From Octopus bimaculoides (lineage: Eukaryota), in contig NC_068987.1 of the NCBI RefSeq assembly GCF_001194135.2, positions 98,609,578 through 98,671,265 of the forward strand: a stretch of 61,688 bases of DNA, read 5' to 3'. Positions 13,067 to 26,350 of this stretch are shown here, in pieces. The stretch's first letter is position 1. Each line of letters opens with the position of its first letter. The notes under the pieces are model-generated. The model did not search any database and was not told the origin of the DNA. It saw only the letters and a list, made by a program, of their open reading frames with translations. A program made the translations under genes and the position numbers.

Positions 13067-13160
13067 CCAATAGTCATTAATGTCACTACGAATGCGATAT
13101 ACAATTCACAGAAAGCAATTTCTCTGAAATTTCAAGTTTGTACATCAATCCTTAGCCAAA

Positions 13161-13208
<48 letters not shown>

Positions 13209-13330
13209 GTGTGTGTATGCAGATACATATGGATGCATGCATGTAAGTATATATGTATGTATGTTTGTACGTGTGTATGCAAGCATGTTAACATGCATAT
13301 GCGTCTGTGAGGTTATATGTAATATTATAG

Positions 13331-13622
13331 AAGCTTGTTTCCTGACCACATGTTTCCGGGTTTAGTCCCACTGCGTGGTACCTTGACCAAGCGTCTTCTA
13401 TAGCCTCGAGTCGGCCAAAGCCTTGGCTGACGCAAAATGAAAGAGGCCCGTCGCATATATACACGGAGGAGTGGCTGTGTGGTAAGTAGCTTGCTTACCA
13501 ACCGCATGGCTCCGGGTTCGGTCCCACTGCTTGGAATATTGGGCAAGTATCTTCTACTATAGTCTCGGGCCAACCAAAGTCTTGTGGAGGATTTAGTAGA
13601 CGGAAACTGAAAGAAACCCGTC
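13331..13622 (+). mobile_element. Two tandem SINE family D heads (about 13331-13460 and 13465-13622)
   Basis: GAGTGGCTGTGTGGTAAGTAGCTTGC head, GGTTCGGTCCC B-box-like motif, TTGGGCAAGTATCTTCTACTATAG block reminiscent of the CORE domain (unverified). Confidence 0.85.
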
Positions 13623-15612
13623 TCTCACACACACACACACACACACACGCACACTCACTCATGTATACACCAACAGTGGTTGGCAAGAGGTCGTGAGAGG
13701 ATAAACAGACACAAGGAAACAGGTTTTTTTATTTAATTGTTTCTTATGANNNNNNNNNNACGGTGGTGCACCAGCATGACCGCAGCCACCTGGCTAAAAC
13801 ACATAAATAAATATATATATATATATATATATATCTTGAAAATATTAGTCTTGAAGATATTAGTCTCGCCAACAAAATGTCTAATCTGACCATGCTGTGA
13901 GATATCTTACTCAAAATTATGATTACCAATCTTTTGTCCAGGGTGAGAATTGTAGCTTTAAGCTATTAATATTGCAATCTACATTTCAGTTAATGGTCGG
14001 CCTAGTGGATTACTTATGAGGACGTGAATTGCTTCATTTATTCATATAGTGAATGGTTTAGATGAGTGTTAACTGGTAAACACTAAAAAATAGCTGTTTG
14101 TTAGAATTTGGTCGAACTTCTTTTTGCAGCTGATATCTAGATGAAACACACGTACGCAGGCTGAAGTTTTAATAATGACGAATGTATGTATGTTCCGTTA
14201 TATCGGACAATCTTTCAGTATATTGCAAATCCTAGGCAGCTGGTGGCTGGTATTTCCTGAAGAAAATAGTGCTATATCTGTTGGAATTCTTAAGCTGAAA
14301 TTTTATGTTAAAATCGCAAATAGTTACAATCGAATGTTACACATCTCTGATATACATATATGCGCCTTCGTAACTTTTAATATTATGAGATACATATCGT
14401 ATTATTTCCTCATTCTAGGTTATAAATATTAATACGTTATTACCTTAAATTTCAAATTTCTGCGTTTCTGAATGTATACATATGTCGTTTATTTTTTTCT
14501 ATAGTAGAGGATTTACATTGAACACTATATAGGTTTATGTTTTACTGTTACCCAGAAAGAAGATTTGATTACATAAAACAAGGGTGAAGAAAGACAGATA
14601 TCGTTGAGCTGGCAGATATTACAATAGACTTGCTTCTTCGCAGTGGATCTAAATGTTATTTTTACTGAAGGACTTCTGATATCTAAGTTCAGCGTTTTCC
14701 TAAGCCATATAAATAAATAAATGAATAAATAAATAAGTAAAATGTAAGCATAACGAAAGGATTACATGATATAATCTGTGGTTGCCTATTTTTTAGGCTA
14801 TCAGTCAGTTCTTGATGTGTTGGCTTTCAATTGTATCTCAATGATTCATTTCTTCTTTTATATGTTATTTCAATAATCGGTAATTTTGAGAAATGCATTA
14901 ACATAAACACATCTGTACATAGCGCATCTGTATATGGTACAAAGTACACATTTAGAAACATATGCATACACACAACAACATACACATTTGTACTTGTAAT
15001 GATTCACATTTAGACATTCAAAAATGCAATCTTTCTCGTGTATAAGAGACGGCCAATTTTGGAAGTTAGGTCATATGTTGCTTCCATGCTGCATAGTGGT
15101 GACAAAAGATGAGAGTAGAAAAAAAGAGTAGGAAGACAAATACAAAACTGAAGATAAAAACGAACCAAAAATTAAAATAAAATCAACAAAAGAGTGTTGG
15201 CGGAAGCAGTGATGTTTCAAAGCAGCAGAAATAATTATTACAGCATCACATAAATTGAAATTTAATGTCAATATTAAAATGTTCTTTGGTTAGAGGGCAA
15301 CATAGTTTCATCAAAATTAATTTGTAGTTCAGATACGCGAACCCCACCTACTACAGCTTCAGCAAGTCTACGCCCACCTCTACATAACGCTAGGAAACCT
15401 AAGCAAAAAAAAAAAAAAAAATTAGGAAATATGAGGCATCATATATCTTTGTATATCTGTGTACGGGTGCACGTAGAAGTATGTATGGATCTATTTCAAA
15501 ACGGGGGCACCAGTTTTCATTTATGTTTTATGTAGTGTTTTTGGTACCGAAAGACTTTCAAACTTCGTATACTTATCTATTTTGTGTTATAGAATGGAAA
15601 ACAATTTTTGTA

Positions 15613-15995
15613 TTCGAATTCATTTCATGTCAAAATTGTCTTATTTCGATAATTTCTACTAATCACTGACGTCTATTCAGTTGAAAACAGTTAGCGCTGT
15701 AACGGTGTATATCGTGTTAATCCCCTAACCCTAACCCTAACTAGACTGTTAACCCTAACCCTAACCCTAACTCTAGAATCCGAACTCTAAAATTGTTACA
15801 CACATAGATACGCACAGTGTAATTTATTATATAAACAATATATGCGTATAAATTACGATTAAACCGGATGAAATATGTCACAGGGAATAACATTTTTATG
15901 ACCGCCAGGCAGTAAGTCTATTCAGCTGAACAGACGTCAGTGATTGGTTGAAATTACAGAAATACGACAACTTTAACATGCAATAACTTGCGATG
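15613..15995. mobile_element. MITE-like inverted-repeat element with internal telomeric CCCTAA repeats
   Basis: Imperfect ~75-bp inverted arms (15613-15690 / 15915-15995); two blocks of three CCCTAA units within 15722-15771; TA at 15611-15612 and 15996-15997. Confidence 0.75.
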
Positions 15996-16174
15996 TACGT
16001 TTTTTTGTTAAGAAGACTAAGAGTAAAAGATGTTTTATATGACACATTCTACCAGTGTCCCAAGTTTCAAAGTNNNNNNNNNNNNNNNNNNNNNNNNNNN
16101 NNNNNNNNNNNNNNNNNNNNNNNNNNNNNNNNNNNNNNNNNNNNNNNNNNNNNNNNNNNNNNNNNNNNNNNNNN

Positions 16175-16207
<33 letters not shown>

Positions 16208-17105
16208 ACATATATGTATGTGTGTGTGAGTATGTGTGAGTATAGTCATATTATTGCGCTCCTTACATCTCTCTATATCTATCTACTTCTGTCTTTATGT
16301 GTCTTTTTGTATGTATGTATTTATGCATGCATGCATGTATGTGTATATTATGTATGCATATATGTACGTACGTATGCTTGTGTATGTGTAAATATATGCA
16401 TTCATGAATACACACGCACACACACCCATATAAACGCCTATATTGCGCACTCGTTCATATGTACCTGATATATGTTTTTATTAATGTGCATATATTTGCC
16501 AGAGTAGACTGGCATAGATTTATTTTAATTGTGTAAACAAACAATCTCTCCCATTTGTATAGAAACACATTTTTGTAAAGCTTGTGTGCCTATATCTGTA
16601 TGTATGTGTGACTACAAATATATTTGTTTGGATTTTCCTTTATAAAACCATATATAAGTTTGTGCTGCTTGCATGTGTGCGTATGTGTATTTTGTGTGTG
16701 TGTGTGTGTGTATGTGTATGTATGTGTGTGTGTGTGTGTGATTGGGTATTTGTAAGATTCAACACGTCAGATGGCGTACAGTAATCCATCACTGAATGAA
16801 AAGCCCCAGTTATTTTCCCCGCTAAAAGATTTTGAGAGAACGACTAGCTTGTCAGATGATATACCTAATTTCTCATCCAACTCCAACATATCATAGATTC
16901 AAAAGCTGTCTTTTAGCTGAGATAAAACTGATCTATAAATATCCCCACCGTCATGACCGCCTTCGTCGTTTCTTTCCTCATTACCCTCATCCTTCAACAT
17001 CATCATCATTAAAGATATGACGGTTGCCTAACAACTTAACCCACCAAAGATATGAGTAGATGTTTTACGCATTTGCGTGTGTGAATATAGAAATATATAA
17101 GTATG

Positions 17106-17177
<72 letters not shown>

Positions 17178-17207
17178 TATGTATAGATGCATGTATCTAT
17201 ATGTATA

Positions 17208-17242
<35 letters not shown>

Positions 17243-17244
<2 letters not shown>

Positions 17245-18296
17245 AAAATTAATTGCAGAATAAAACCGTTAGGTCATCGACTCAAAAAGCCGTAGCCCAC
17301 CAATGACCACATATAAGAAGTACAGCATAGACCACAAAACCAAATTAGCAAAAGGAAGTCAAAATTTTTATTCATAAGAATAAAAATCGATTAAAAATAC
17401 AATAGAATAATATAAATAAATAAACTGCAATTAAAAATTTGATTAAAATATTAGAGACCGGTACAAATATAGTAGAATAAAAAAATATATATATCTAGGA
17501 AAAATATAGAGAAAAAAATAAGACATAGGGAAACGTAGCAAACCAGTTCATTCGCTGAGGCCAATAGCCAATAAAAGAAGTTCGAGATAAATAGTACGAA
17601 AGTTCAACTACCTCCCTCATGACAGCAAATTTAGTAGGTAAAATCCAATTTCATAAACAGGAATACCGAAGCGCACGGGACAAAGCAACAACAGAACATC
17701 CAATGTGTGGCAAAGTAAAATCCAAGTTTCACCATTCCGCAGGTAACATCAGTAAAGTCAAACCATAAACATCATTTACGGTGAATTACGAGTATAGGTC
17801 TGAATACAAACACAGAACACCTATGGCCATTTCAGGGATATATCATCGTATTTAGTGCACAATAGAGCACAAATTAGTGATAACCCCTTCCTCGGGGTAA
17901 AAAAGACACACAGACATCACTTTCTTTATTTGGCACTTAGGCCATAACACAGAGGGGGACACTACAAGGACAGACAAAGCAATACAGTACGTGGGGTACA
18001 AAGAATGAATGATGAATGAAATGAATTACTTACAATGAGGTGATGAAATGGCTTACGAGTCCCCCAAAACTCGCAGTTTCATTTAGCAGTTCTCTCATAC
18101 AGTTAATAATCATGTTTTTTCTTTAGCAATTGTAAGTGGCCACAGCTCCTCTACCGTTACTACACTTGGCAGGGTGTCGAAGCCCACGTATAATCCACTT
18201 ATTTGAAACTTGTCCGTGTGTATCTGTTGCAGTCTCTGCATCACATGTTCTTCCACCAATATTGCGAATGAACTGGTTTGCGACGTTTCCCTATGT

Positions 18297-18327
<31 letters not shown>

Positions 18328-18735
18328 NNNNNNNNNNNNNNNNNNNNNNNNNNNNNNNNNNNNNNNNNNNNNNNNNNNNNNNNNNNNNNNNNNNNNNNNN
18401 NNNNNNNNNNNNNNNNNNNNNNNNNNNNNNNNNNNNNNNNNNNNNNNNNNNNNNNNNNNNNNNNNNNNNNNNNNNNNNNNNNNNNNNATATATATATTAT
18501 TCTACTATATTTGTACCGGTCTCTAATATTTTAATCAACTTTTTAATTGCAGTTTATTTATTTATATTATTCTATTGTATTTTTTAATCGATTTTTATTC
18601 TTATGTATAAAAATTATGACTTCCCTTTGCTAATTTGGTTTTGTGGTCTATGCTGTACTTCTTATATGTGGTCATTGGTGGGCTACGGCTTTTTGAGTCG
18701 ATGACCTAACAGTTTTATTCTGCAATTAACTTTGT
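17243..18735. mobile_element. Fold-back-like element with long inverted arms
   Basis: 17243-17480 vs 18497-18735 reverse-complement match with about 7 differences; inner arms 17523-17555 vs 18264-18296 with 1 mismatch; N-gap 18328-18487 inside the right arm. Confidence 0.75.
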
Positions 18736-18823
18736 ACCTATGTCTCAACTAGTTTGAGCACTTCTTTTACAGTCTTGTATACATTCTTGGTTTTCTAATA
18801 CAAAACTGTTAATATTGAATAAT

Positions 18824-18857
<34 letters not shown>

Positions 18858-19115
18858 TCTGCGTGTGTGTGTGTCCATGATTGTGTTTCTGTACATGTCT
18901 TTGTATATATACACGTGTATCTATGTATGATTGTGCGTGATAGCTTGGCTGTGACTATTTCAAGTTACTTTTCACTGTATCTTGAACATGATGTGTTTAC
19001 ATGTGATTGGATGTATCCTGTTCAACATCTGCATGTATGCAAGCTCAACACACTGCTACACAAACTTACTCATGCATAGCTTTATGCATTTACGTAGTTA
19101 TATGCCTGTGTGTGC

Positions 19116-19173
<58 letters not shown>

Positions 19174-20169
19174 NNNNNNNNNNNNNNNNNNNNNNNNNNN
19201 NNNNNNNNNNNNNNNNNNNNNNNNNNNNNNNNNNNNNNNNNNNNNNNNNNNNNNNNNNNNNNNNNNNNNNNNNNNNNNNNNNNNNNNNNNNNNNNNNNNN
19301 NNNNNNNNNNNNNNNNNNNNNNNNNNNNNNNNNNNNNNNNNNNNNNNNNNNNNNNNNNNNNNNNNNNNNNNNNNNNNNNNNNNNNNNNNNNNNNNNNNNN
19401 NNNNNNNNNNNNNNNNNNNNNNNNNNNNNNNNNNNNNNNNNNNNNNNNNNNNNNNNNNNNNNNNNNNNNNNNNNNNNNNNNNNNNNNNNNNNNNNNNNNN
19501 NNNNNNNNNNNNNNNNNNNNNNNNNNNNNNNNNNNNNNNNNNNNNNNNNNNNNNNNNNNNNNNNNNNNNNNNNNNNNNNNNNNNNNNNNNNNNNNNNNNN
19601 NNNNNNNNNNNNNNNNNNNNNNNNNNNNNNNNNNNNNNNNNNNNNNNTATATATATATAGATAGATATATATATATATAGATAGATATGCGTATATAAGA
19701 GATATTCATATATCAGTATACATACACATATGTGTATATGTACTCACACACTCGCTCACACATTCACACGTAAATCACACACGCCCAAACAAACATCCAA
19801 ATATATTGGCGAGGAATTCGAGGTTTATTAGGGTAAAGACATAACAACTTAGAGTTGCCCTGCAACAGTAATTTACTGATACGATTAAAACAAATATAAT
19901 AGTATACATGCCAAATCACCCTAATGTCACATCCTGTTTTCTTAAAGAAAGACACATCAGATAATATCAAAAACAAACTTTACTCATATCAAGAAAGCAT
20001 GAATCATGTGTTGCACGCAGCTTAAGCCTTAATAATCGCTCCTATTTTTCTGTTTTACCATCATCTAACGTTTATCAGAAGCATATCAGTCACATAACTT
20101 GTTCAGCATCCCTACGATCGGTAGTCCTTTTCAGATGCAGTAGACACATCAACTCTTACAAATCATTTG

Positions 20170-20608
20170 TTTCTACTTTTGGCACAAAGCTAGAAATTTT
20201 GGAGGAAGGGGCTAAGTCAGGCGTTGGGAAACTTTTTTTAACGAATTGCCCACAATATATTTACGTACGCCGACGTTACTCCCTTAATTCGAAAGAAAGA
20301 AAATCATAGATATCAAGGAAAACATGTATTTTAAAATAATTCTACTTATGTCTAAGGAGCCTTTATTGCCCACCAACAATTTTATTTTTACCCCACTTGG
20401 GGTAATTTAGCCCGGTTCGCCGATCCCTTGGCTAAGTCGATCACATCTGCTCCACACTTCAACTGGTGCTTACTTTAATGATCCCGAAAAGATGAAAGAC
20501 AGAGTCAACCATGCCGGAATTTGAACTTCGAACTTCGAACGTTCAAAAACGGACGAAATGTCGCTGATCATGTTGCTCGGTGTGCTAACGTTTCTGCTAG
20601 CTCACCAT
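20170..20608 (-). mobile_element. SINE A-related copy interrupted by a hAT MITE
   Basis: Tail TTTTGGCACAAAGCTAGAAATTTTGGAGGAAGGGGCTAAGT resumes as CGATCACATC.. after the insert. Confidence 0.8.
20218..20429. mobile_element. hAT-type MITE, 212 bp, perfect 8-bp TSD
   Basis: TSD GGCTAAGT at 20210-20217 and 20430-20437; ends CAGGCGTTGGGAAACT / reverse complement AAGGGATCGGCGAACC resemble CAGGGGTCGGCAAAC hAT TIRs. Confidence 0.85.
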
Positions 20609-22243
20609 TCTACTCCTGCTAATTATTGATGCTTTCTCTATAAAGCCATATAGCTATCCGGCTATATGGCATAAAGTCACTCACGGACACTCCAGGCCTG
20701 TAACCCGTATAATTGTCGCCTCTTCTTTCTGCCTTTTCTAACCGCTACGTATTGAACTTTGCCCTTCTGAATTGCTGAACTCGTGTCCTCTCAAATAACG
20801 TATTCTTATACCAATTGTCGTTCCTCGCGTAGCCCAGCACTAACCATTATGCCCACGTCTTCCTTTCCAGAATGCTGGTCTTCTAAAATTTCACACCTCT
20901 CTGCTTATATCTTCAGTACACATGTTGATTACAAATGTTGAAAAGAAATGTTAATGGTACCAATCTGTTAGAAGAGACGGAAAGAGAAAATGAAATAGAC
21001 AGGACAAGACTAGAGATAAAGGGAGACACGGGGAATAGAAAGTCATTGAAGAGGTCACAGAATGTATGGCGAAATGACAAATAAACTAATAATAATAATA
21101 ACAATAAAGCGAAAGTGAAGATCAAATGGTGCACGTTTATTGGGAGTATGACCGTCCCTAAACACACACATACACACATTTGTAATATATGGCTGCGCCA
21201 TGTACTTTCTAATCAGAGGTCTGCTCAAACAGTACCGCCTAGCTGAGAACTAAACAACAACCATATATTACACCATAATTTCGCTTATATTTGCTTCATG
21301 ATAGCTTTGCATGTCTCTGGGAAAACATTTTCTTTTTATTTTACAGAGATATTCGCATTAGTCTTAGCATGATTATGTGGAAGAATGGAAACCTTGACAA
21401 TATCCCAGATGCCTAGCGATTACGTTCGATTTTTATTTGTGTATTCAAATTCGGCGTTTATGGGTTTATACTGTGCTATATGTTGGGGAAGTATTTCTTT
21501 CTCTTCAAAGGCATCGCTTATTGGACCACTGCCCCGAATTAAAAAAACAAGAACAGAAAAGTAACGAAGGAAATGTGTCGAGCGATCGAAATAATTTCAC
21601 GAAAGTAATAAGATTTATTTTCGACTTGTAGCGCTATCTTTGTGCAATACTTAGCCAAATATAAAGTACATATACGAATTGTGGCCAGCAAAATAAAAAA
21701 ATAAAAAAAGAAACATATAAAAATAATAGCTTGGTGCTTTTAAGAAAAATTCGAATACATTACATATTGAAATGGAAGGCAATATCCCTGATGCCCAATG
21801 AATATGACACATAAAGTAAACTTCAATGGGAATTGAACGCATAGAGTCAGTAAGTCTGCATGAAATGCTTTTATCTGTGAACCAAAGAGGCACTAATCTT
21901 GATACATTAGAGTCCAACTTGATATATCCCCAAACGTATTGATACTGATAAATGGCAGATTACTGAATTTAATCAGCTTAACATTGTCACAGTAATCGTC
22001 GACATCATCATCATCATCAGCAGCAGCACCACCACCACCATCACCATCACTTCAAACAACAACAATATCCGAAAGTGCACCGATACCATTATCAAAATTA
22101 CAGCCCTCGACCGTGTGTGTGTGTGTGTGTGTGCATATGTGTGTGTTTCTGCGCGAACGTGTATATACATATATATAGATATATGCACAAACACACACGC
22201 ACTACATATATACATACACACACCCACCCACACACACACACAC

Positions 22244-22295
<52 letters not shown>

Positions 22296-23857
22296 NNNNN
22301 NNNNNNNNNNNNNNNNNNNNNNNNNNNNNNNNNNNNNNNNNNNNNNNNNNNNNNNNNNNNNNNNNNNNNNNNNNNNNNNNNNNNNNNNNNNNNNNNNNNN
22401 NNNNNNNNNNNNTATATATATAAATGTAAATACCCCGCCTACAAATACGTATTCCAATAGTGTTTGTAATTTTATACATTAAATACAAAACTATTATTTA
22501 AAAAAATTTTTTCGCTTTTATGTGAATACATATACATGCTGATATTTAGTGTGCATGCATATATACATTCATACATACATATACATGCATATGTATATGC
22601 GCTTTCTTGTATGCCTGTATGTATGTGTGTATAAAAACTCCTATCACATATGTCTATACCTAAAATTATTCATTTATTATGGATTAATGTCCATAACACT
22701 GTAAACAATATCTCACTAGTCGCACACCTGTTAATCTGTCTTCACTACTTAATCCTAATTCCTTTCTTAATCAGTTTAAATTGTCCAACGTAAACCGACA
22801 GCAGAAAACAAAATGGTTGCACATGAACGTTTTAGAGGTTTCACTCTTAGATTTATGCTACGTACATACATACATACATACATACATACATAAATACATA
22901 CACACATACATAAATGTATACATACATGCATACATACGTACATACATACGTACACTCATACACGCACAGACACATATGGTAAAGAGTACAATATTTAATG
23001 GAAGCTGCTTTTAATAAAGACGGCCATTAATAAAGATTTTATCAGATAAAGCTGAGATTTATCTGAAGAGAAAGCATTTGGCAATTGTTGCTGGTGATGT
23101 TGTTATGGCCGTTGTTGCAGATTTTGTTTTTTCTTAATTATCCACATAAACCCTCAAAGTATTCGTAGTCGATATCATGCCGTTTTTCTGGTGTACAACC
23201 AGGAATCTGGTTTACATCCATTGTATTCTCCATTCATTTGAAAGATATTTCCCTGTTATTCCTAGCATGTCAAGTCCCCCTGTGTAGCTCGACAGTTTTC
23301 TAGTTTGTTGTCTGTGGGGTTCGTGTTCGTTTCTTTCGTTTTCGAATCTCAATTAGTTGTTTAATTGTTTACCTTTTCGTCAACCCTGATAGAGCAGGCC
23401 TATAATTAAATGCATTCCATCTGTGGCCAATCTGCTTTATTTTTTTTATTAATTATGTATATGGCTCTACATTTCTCAACGTATTTCTTTTTATTTTGAA
23501 GACAGTAAAGTACTTGAGGGACATTTCATTGCTATTGCAAGGCATGGGTCGATGCAAAGTTAGATTAAAACTTAATCATGGAAGAAGCAATGAAGAGCGA
23601 CCGAACCTGGAAATTCGTGATTGTAAGGTAAAAAAAAATCATGTCCGGAAGATACACATATTGAATTGATACATGCATATTAGTAGTATATCACAAAACA
23701 AACAAGCATCACACATGCATACAGATAGACATAATGAGTCATTATGTCTACGTCGTTGTGGCTTCATCTATGATCTAGCTAACTCGTATTGAAAAACAGT
23801 TATAATCATCTCGTCTTCTATTCAGGATTTGTGGTCTATAGACGGTAAGATACTTTC

Positions 23858-24299
23858 CTATTTCTTTATTGCCCACAAGGGGATAAACATAGAGGGGACA
23901 AAAAAGGACAGACAAAGGGATTAAGTCGATTACATCGACCCCAGTGCGTAACTGGTACTTAATTTATCGACCCCGAAAGGATGAAAGGCAAAGTCGACCT
24001 CGGCGGAATTTGAACTCAAAAAGTAAAGACAGATGAAATACTACTAAGCATTTCGCCCGGCGCGGTAACGTTTCTTATTTCTTTATTGACCACGAGGGGC
24101 TAAACATAGAGGGGACAAATATGGACTGACAAAAGGATTAAGTCGATTACATCGACCCCGGTGCGTAACTGGTACTTAATTTATCTACCCCGAAAGGATG
24201 AAAAGCAAAGTCGACCTCGGCGGAATTTGAACTCAGAACGTAGCGGCAGACAAAATAACGCTAAGCATTTCGTACAGCGTGCTAACGATTCCGCCGACA
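23858..24299 (-). mobile_element. Head-to-tail SINE A dimer inside one 14-bp TSD
   Basis: Monomers 23858-24074 and 24075-24299; GGTAAGATACTTTC (23844-23857) vs GGTAAGATGCTTTC (24300-24313). Confidence 0.85.
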
Positions 24300-24421
24300 G
24301 GTAAGATGCTTTCGGCGAGTTATTTCGTTGATGGTTCTACAAGTTGCTTGACCAGGCATAGGCTGCCTTTTTGACTAGGCTCATAGTGTGAGCCTATGAA
24401 TGTGTACATAAATGTGTCTGT

Positions 24422-24555
<134 letters not shown>

Positions 24556-25523
24556 TATTGTTATTGCTGTTATTGCTGTTTAATCCCATGTCAACCCTAA
24601 ATGCATAACTGCATAGACCTGTGATAATGAAATGCGTGCAATGGCCCTCTCAACATTTTTCTGTGTCAAGAGAGCCAAGGACAACGTTATCCAACAAGAC
24701 ATTTTTTTTAAAGCAATTGACTATGAATTTAGGAAGATATACAGGTACTTTGTGCAGTTTGAGCAATGCATTATTAGCTTCCACGTTGGCTCGTATATCA
24801 TCTATATATGTGCACACACGTAGATGCATATGTGTGTCTGTGTGTATAGACATATGAATACATACACGTATATATATATATATATTTATGTATGTATGTA
24901 TGTATATATGCATATGTATGTGTATGCGATTACATTTGAGGTATGTGTGCCCACTTGTATGGATGCCTCTATAAGCATGTGGACCTAAATACGTGCGCGC
25001 GGATGTGTGCAAAGAAAGTTTCAATCCTTTAATGTCTCTGAGCTAAAGGAACAAGAAAACAACACCAAAATCTATCCATTATCGATTATTTTTTCACTCA
25101 TTAATAAATTTCATTGATTGTTGCTGATTGAAGAATTTTGCTTTTCTGTCGATTTTGCTATGTATTCATTTGGAAAGAGACTCGTAGTTTTTATAGCCCT
25201 AGGCTAGATTTTTAGATGAGATCTATTATGAACGGTGTATCAACAACGATCATCACATCGTTTGTTTTTCCGACATGATGTGTCTATGACTTCATCATCA
25301 CATGTGATCTTCATTTGCTTACAACGTTAGGGTATGATGTGAGATGGATTTGGTTGCTATTTCTAGATGTCAAAGCATCAATATAGAGACTAAATTGTAG
25401 CGTGGTACGCATCGGTTGGTTGTATGAATCACCATGAAAGGACTGCTTGTATAGAAGTAAGTTACTTCACGAATATAATTTGAATGCTACAACCTTTCGA
25501 CCAGTAATATTACTAGAGAAATC

Positions 25524-25740
25524 AAGGCGGCGAGCTGTCAGATCATTAGCACGCCAGGCAAAATGCTTAGGGGCATTTCCTGTCTTTATGTCACAGGTTC
25601 AAATGCCGCCAGGGTTGAATTAGCTTTTCATCCTTTCTGGGTGGATAAAATAAGTTCCAGTTGAATACTGAGGTTGATGTATTCGACATCACCTATCCCT
25701 CAGAATTGCTGGCCTTGAGCCAAAATTTGAAACCAATATT
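25524..25740 (+). mobile_element. SINE A-related copy (CCAAAATTTGAAAC tail type)
   Basis: AAGGCGGCGAGCTG head, GGTTCAAATGCC B-box, CTTTTCATCCTTTCTGGGTGGATAAAATAAG core. Confidence 0.8.
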
Positions 25741-26043
25741 ACTTGGTAAATTGCACACAGAACATAAATTAAAAATTAGCTATTAGCGACGGAAGCAGCT
25801 TTGTAACAAACATTAATTAGCACAGTCAATTTAATCTGGACGTAATGTTTTAAACACCGTAAGTGCAGGATTTGTCTGAGAAATTTCGTTAAAAGTTAAG
25901 TGCTAAAAAGCACGCTGTGTGTTTTGTCGCCCATAATGTCCTAATATGAGATGATTTCACAGGACGATTACAGTAGTACGGCATTGGACATAATACATCC
26001 ATATTAACTTGGGTGTGTTAATTAGTAAACTGAAAATATTTTA

Positions 26044-26350
26044 AAGCTTGTTTCCCAACAGCATGGTTCGAGGTTCAGTGCTACAGTCTAGAGCCGACCA
26101 AAGTCTTGGGAGTGGATTTGGTAGACGGAAATTGACAAGCCCTTCACATATACGTATGTGCATGTGTTCTTGTCTGCGTGTCCCCCGCCACAGTTTGAGA
26201 ACCGATGTGGATGTGTGTATATTCTTGTGCTCTTAGCAGTTCAGCAAAAGAAAACTATAGAATTAATACCAGGCTTAAAAAGAAAGTACTGAGGTCGATT
26301 CTTCAAGGCGGTGCCCCACAATGGCCGCAGTCTAATGACTGAAATAAATA
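26044..26350 (+). mobile_element. Degenerate SINE family D
   Basis: GTGGATTTGGTAGACGGAAA middle and GGCGGTGCCCCACAATGGCCGCAGTCTAATGACTGAAA tail. Confidence 0.75.
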
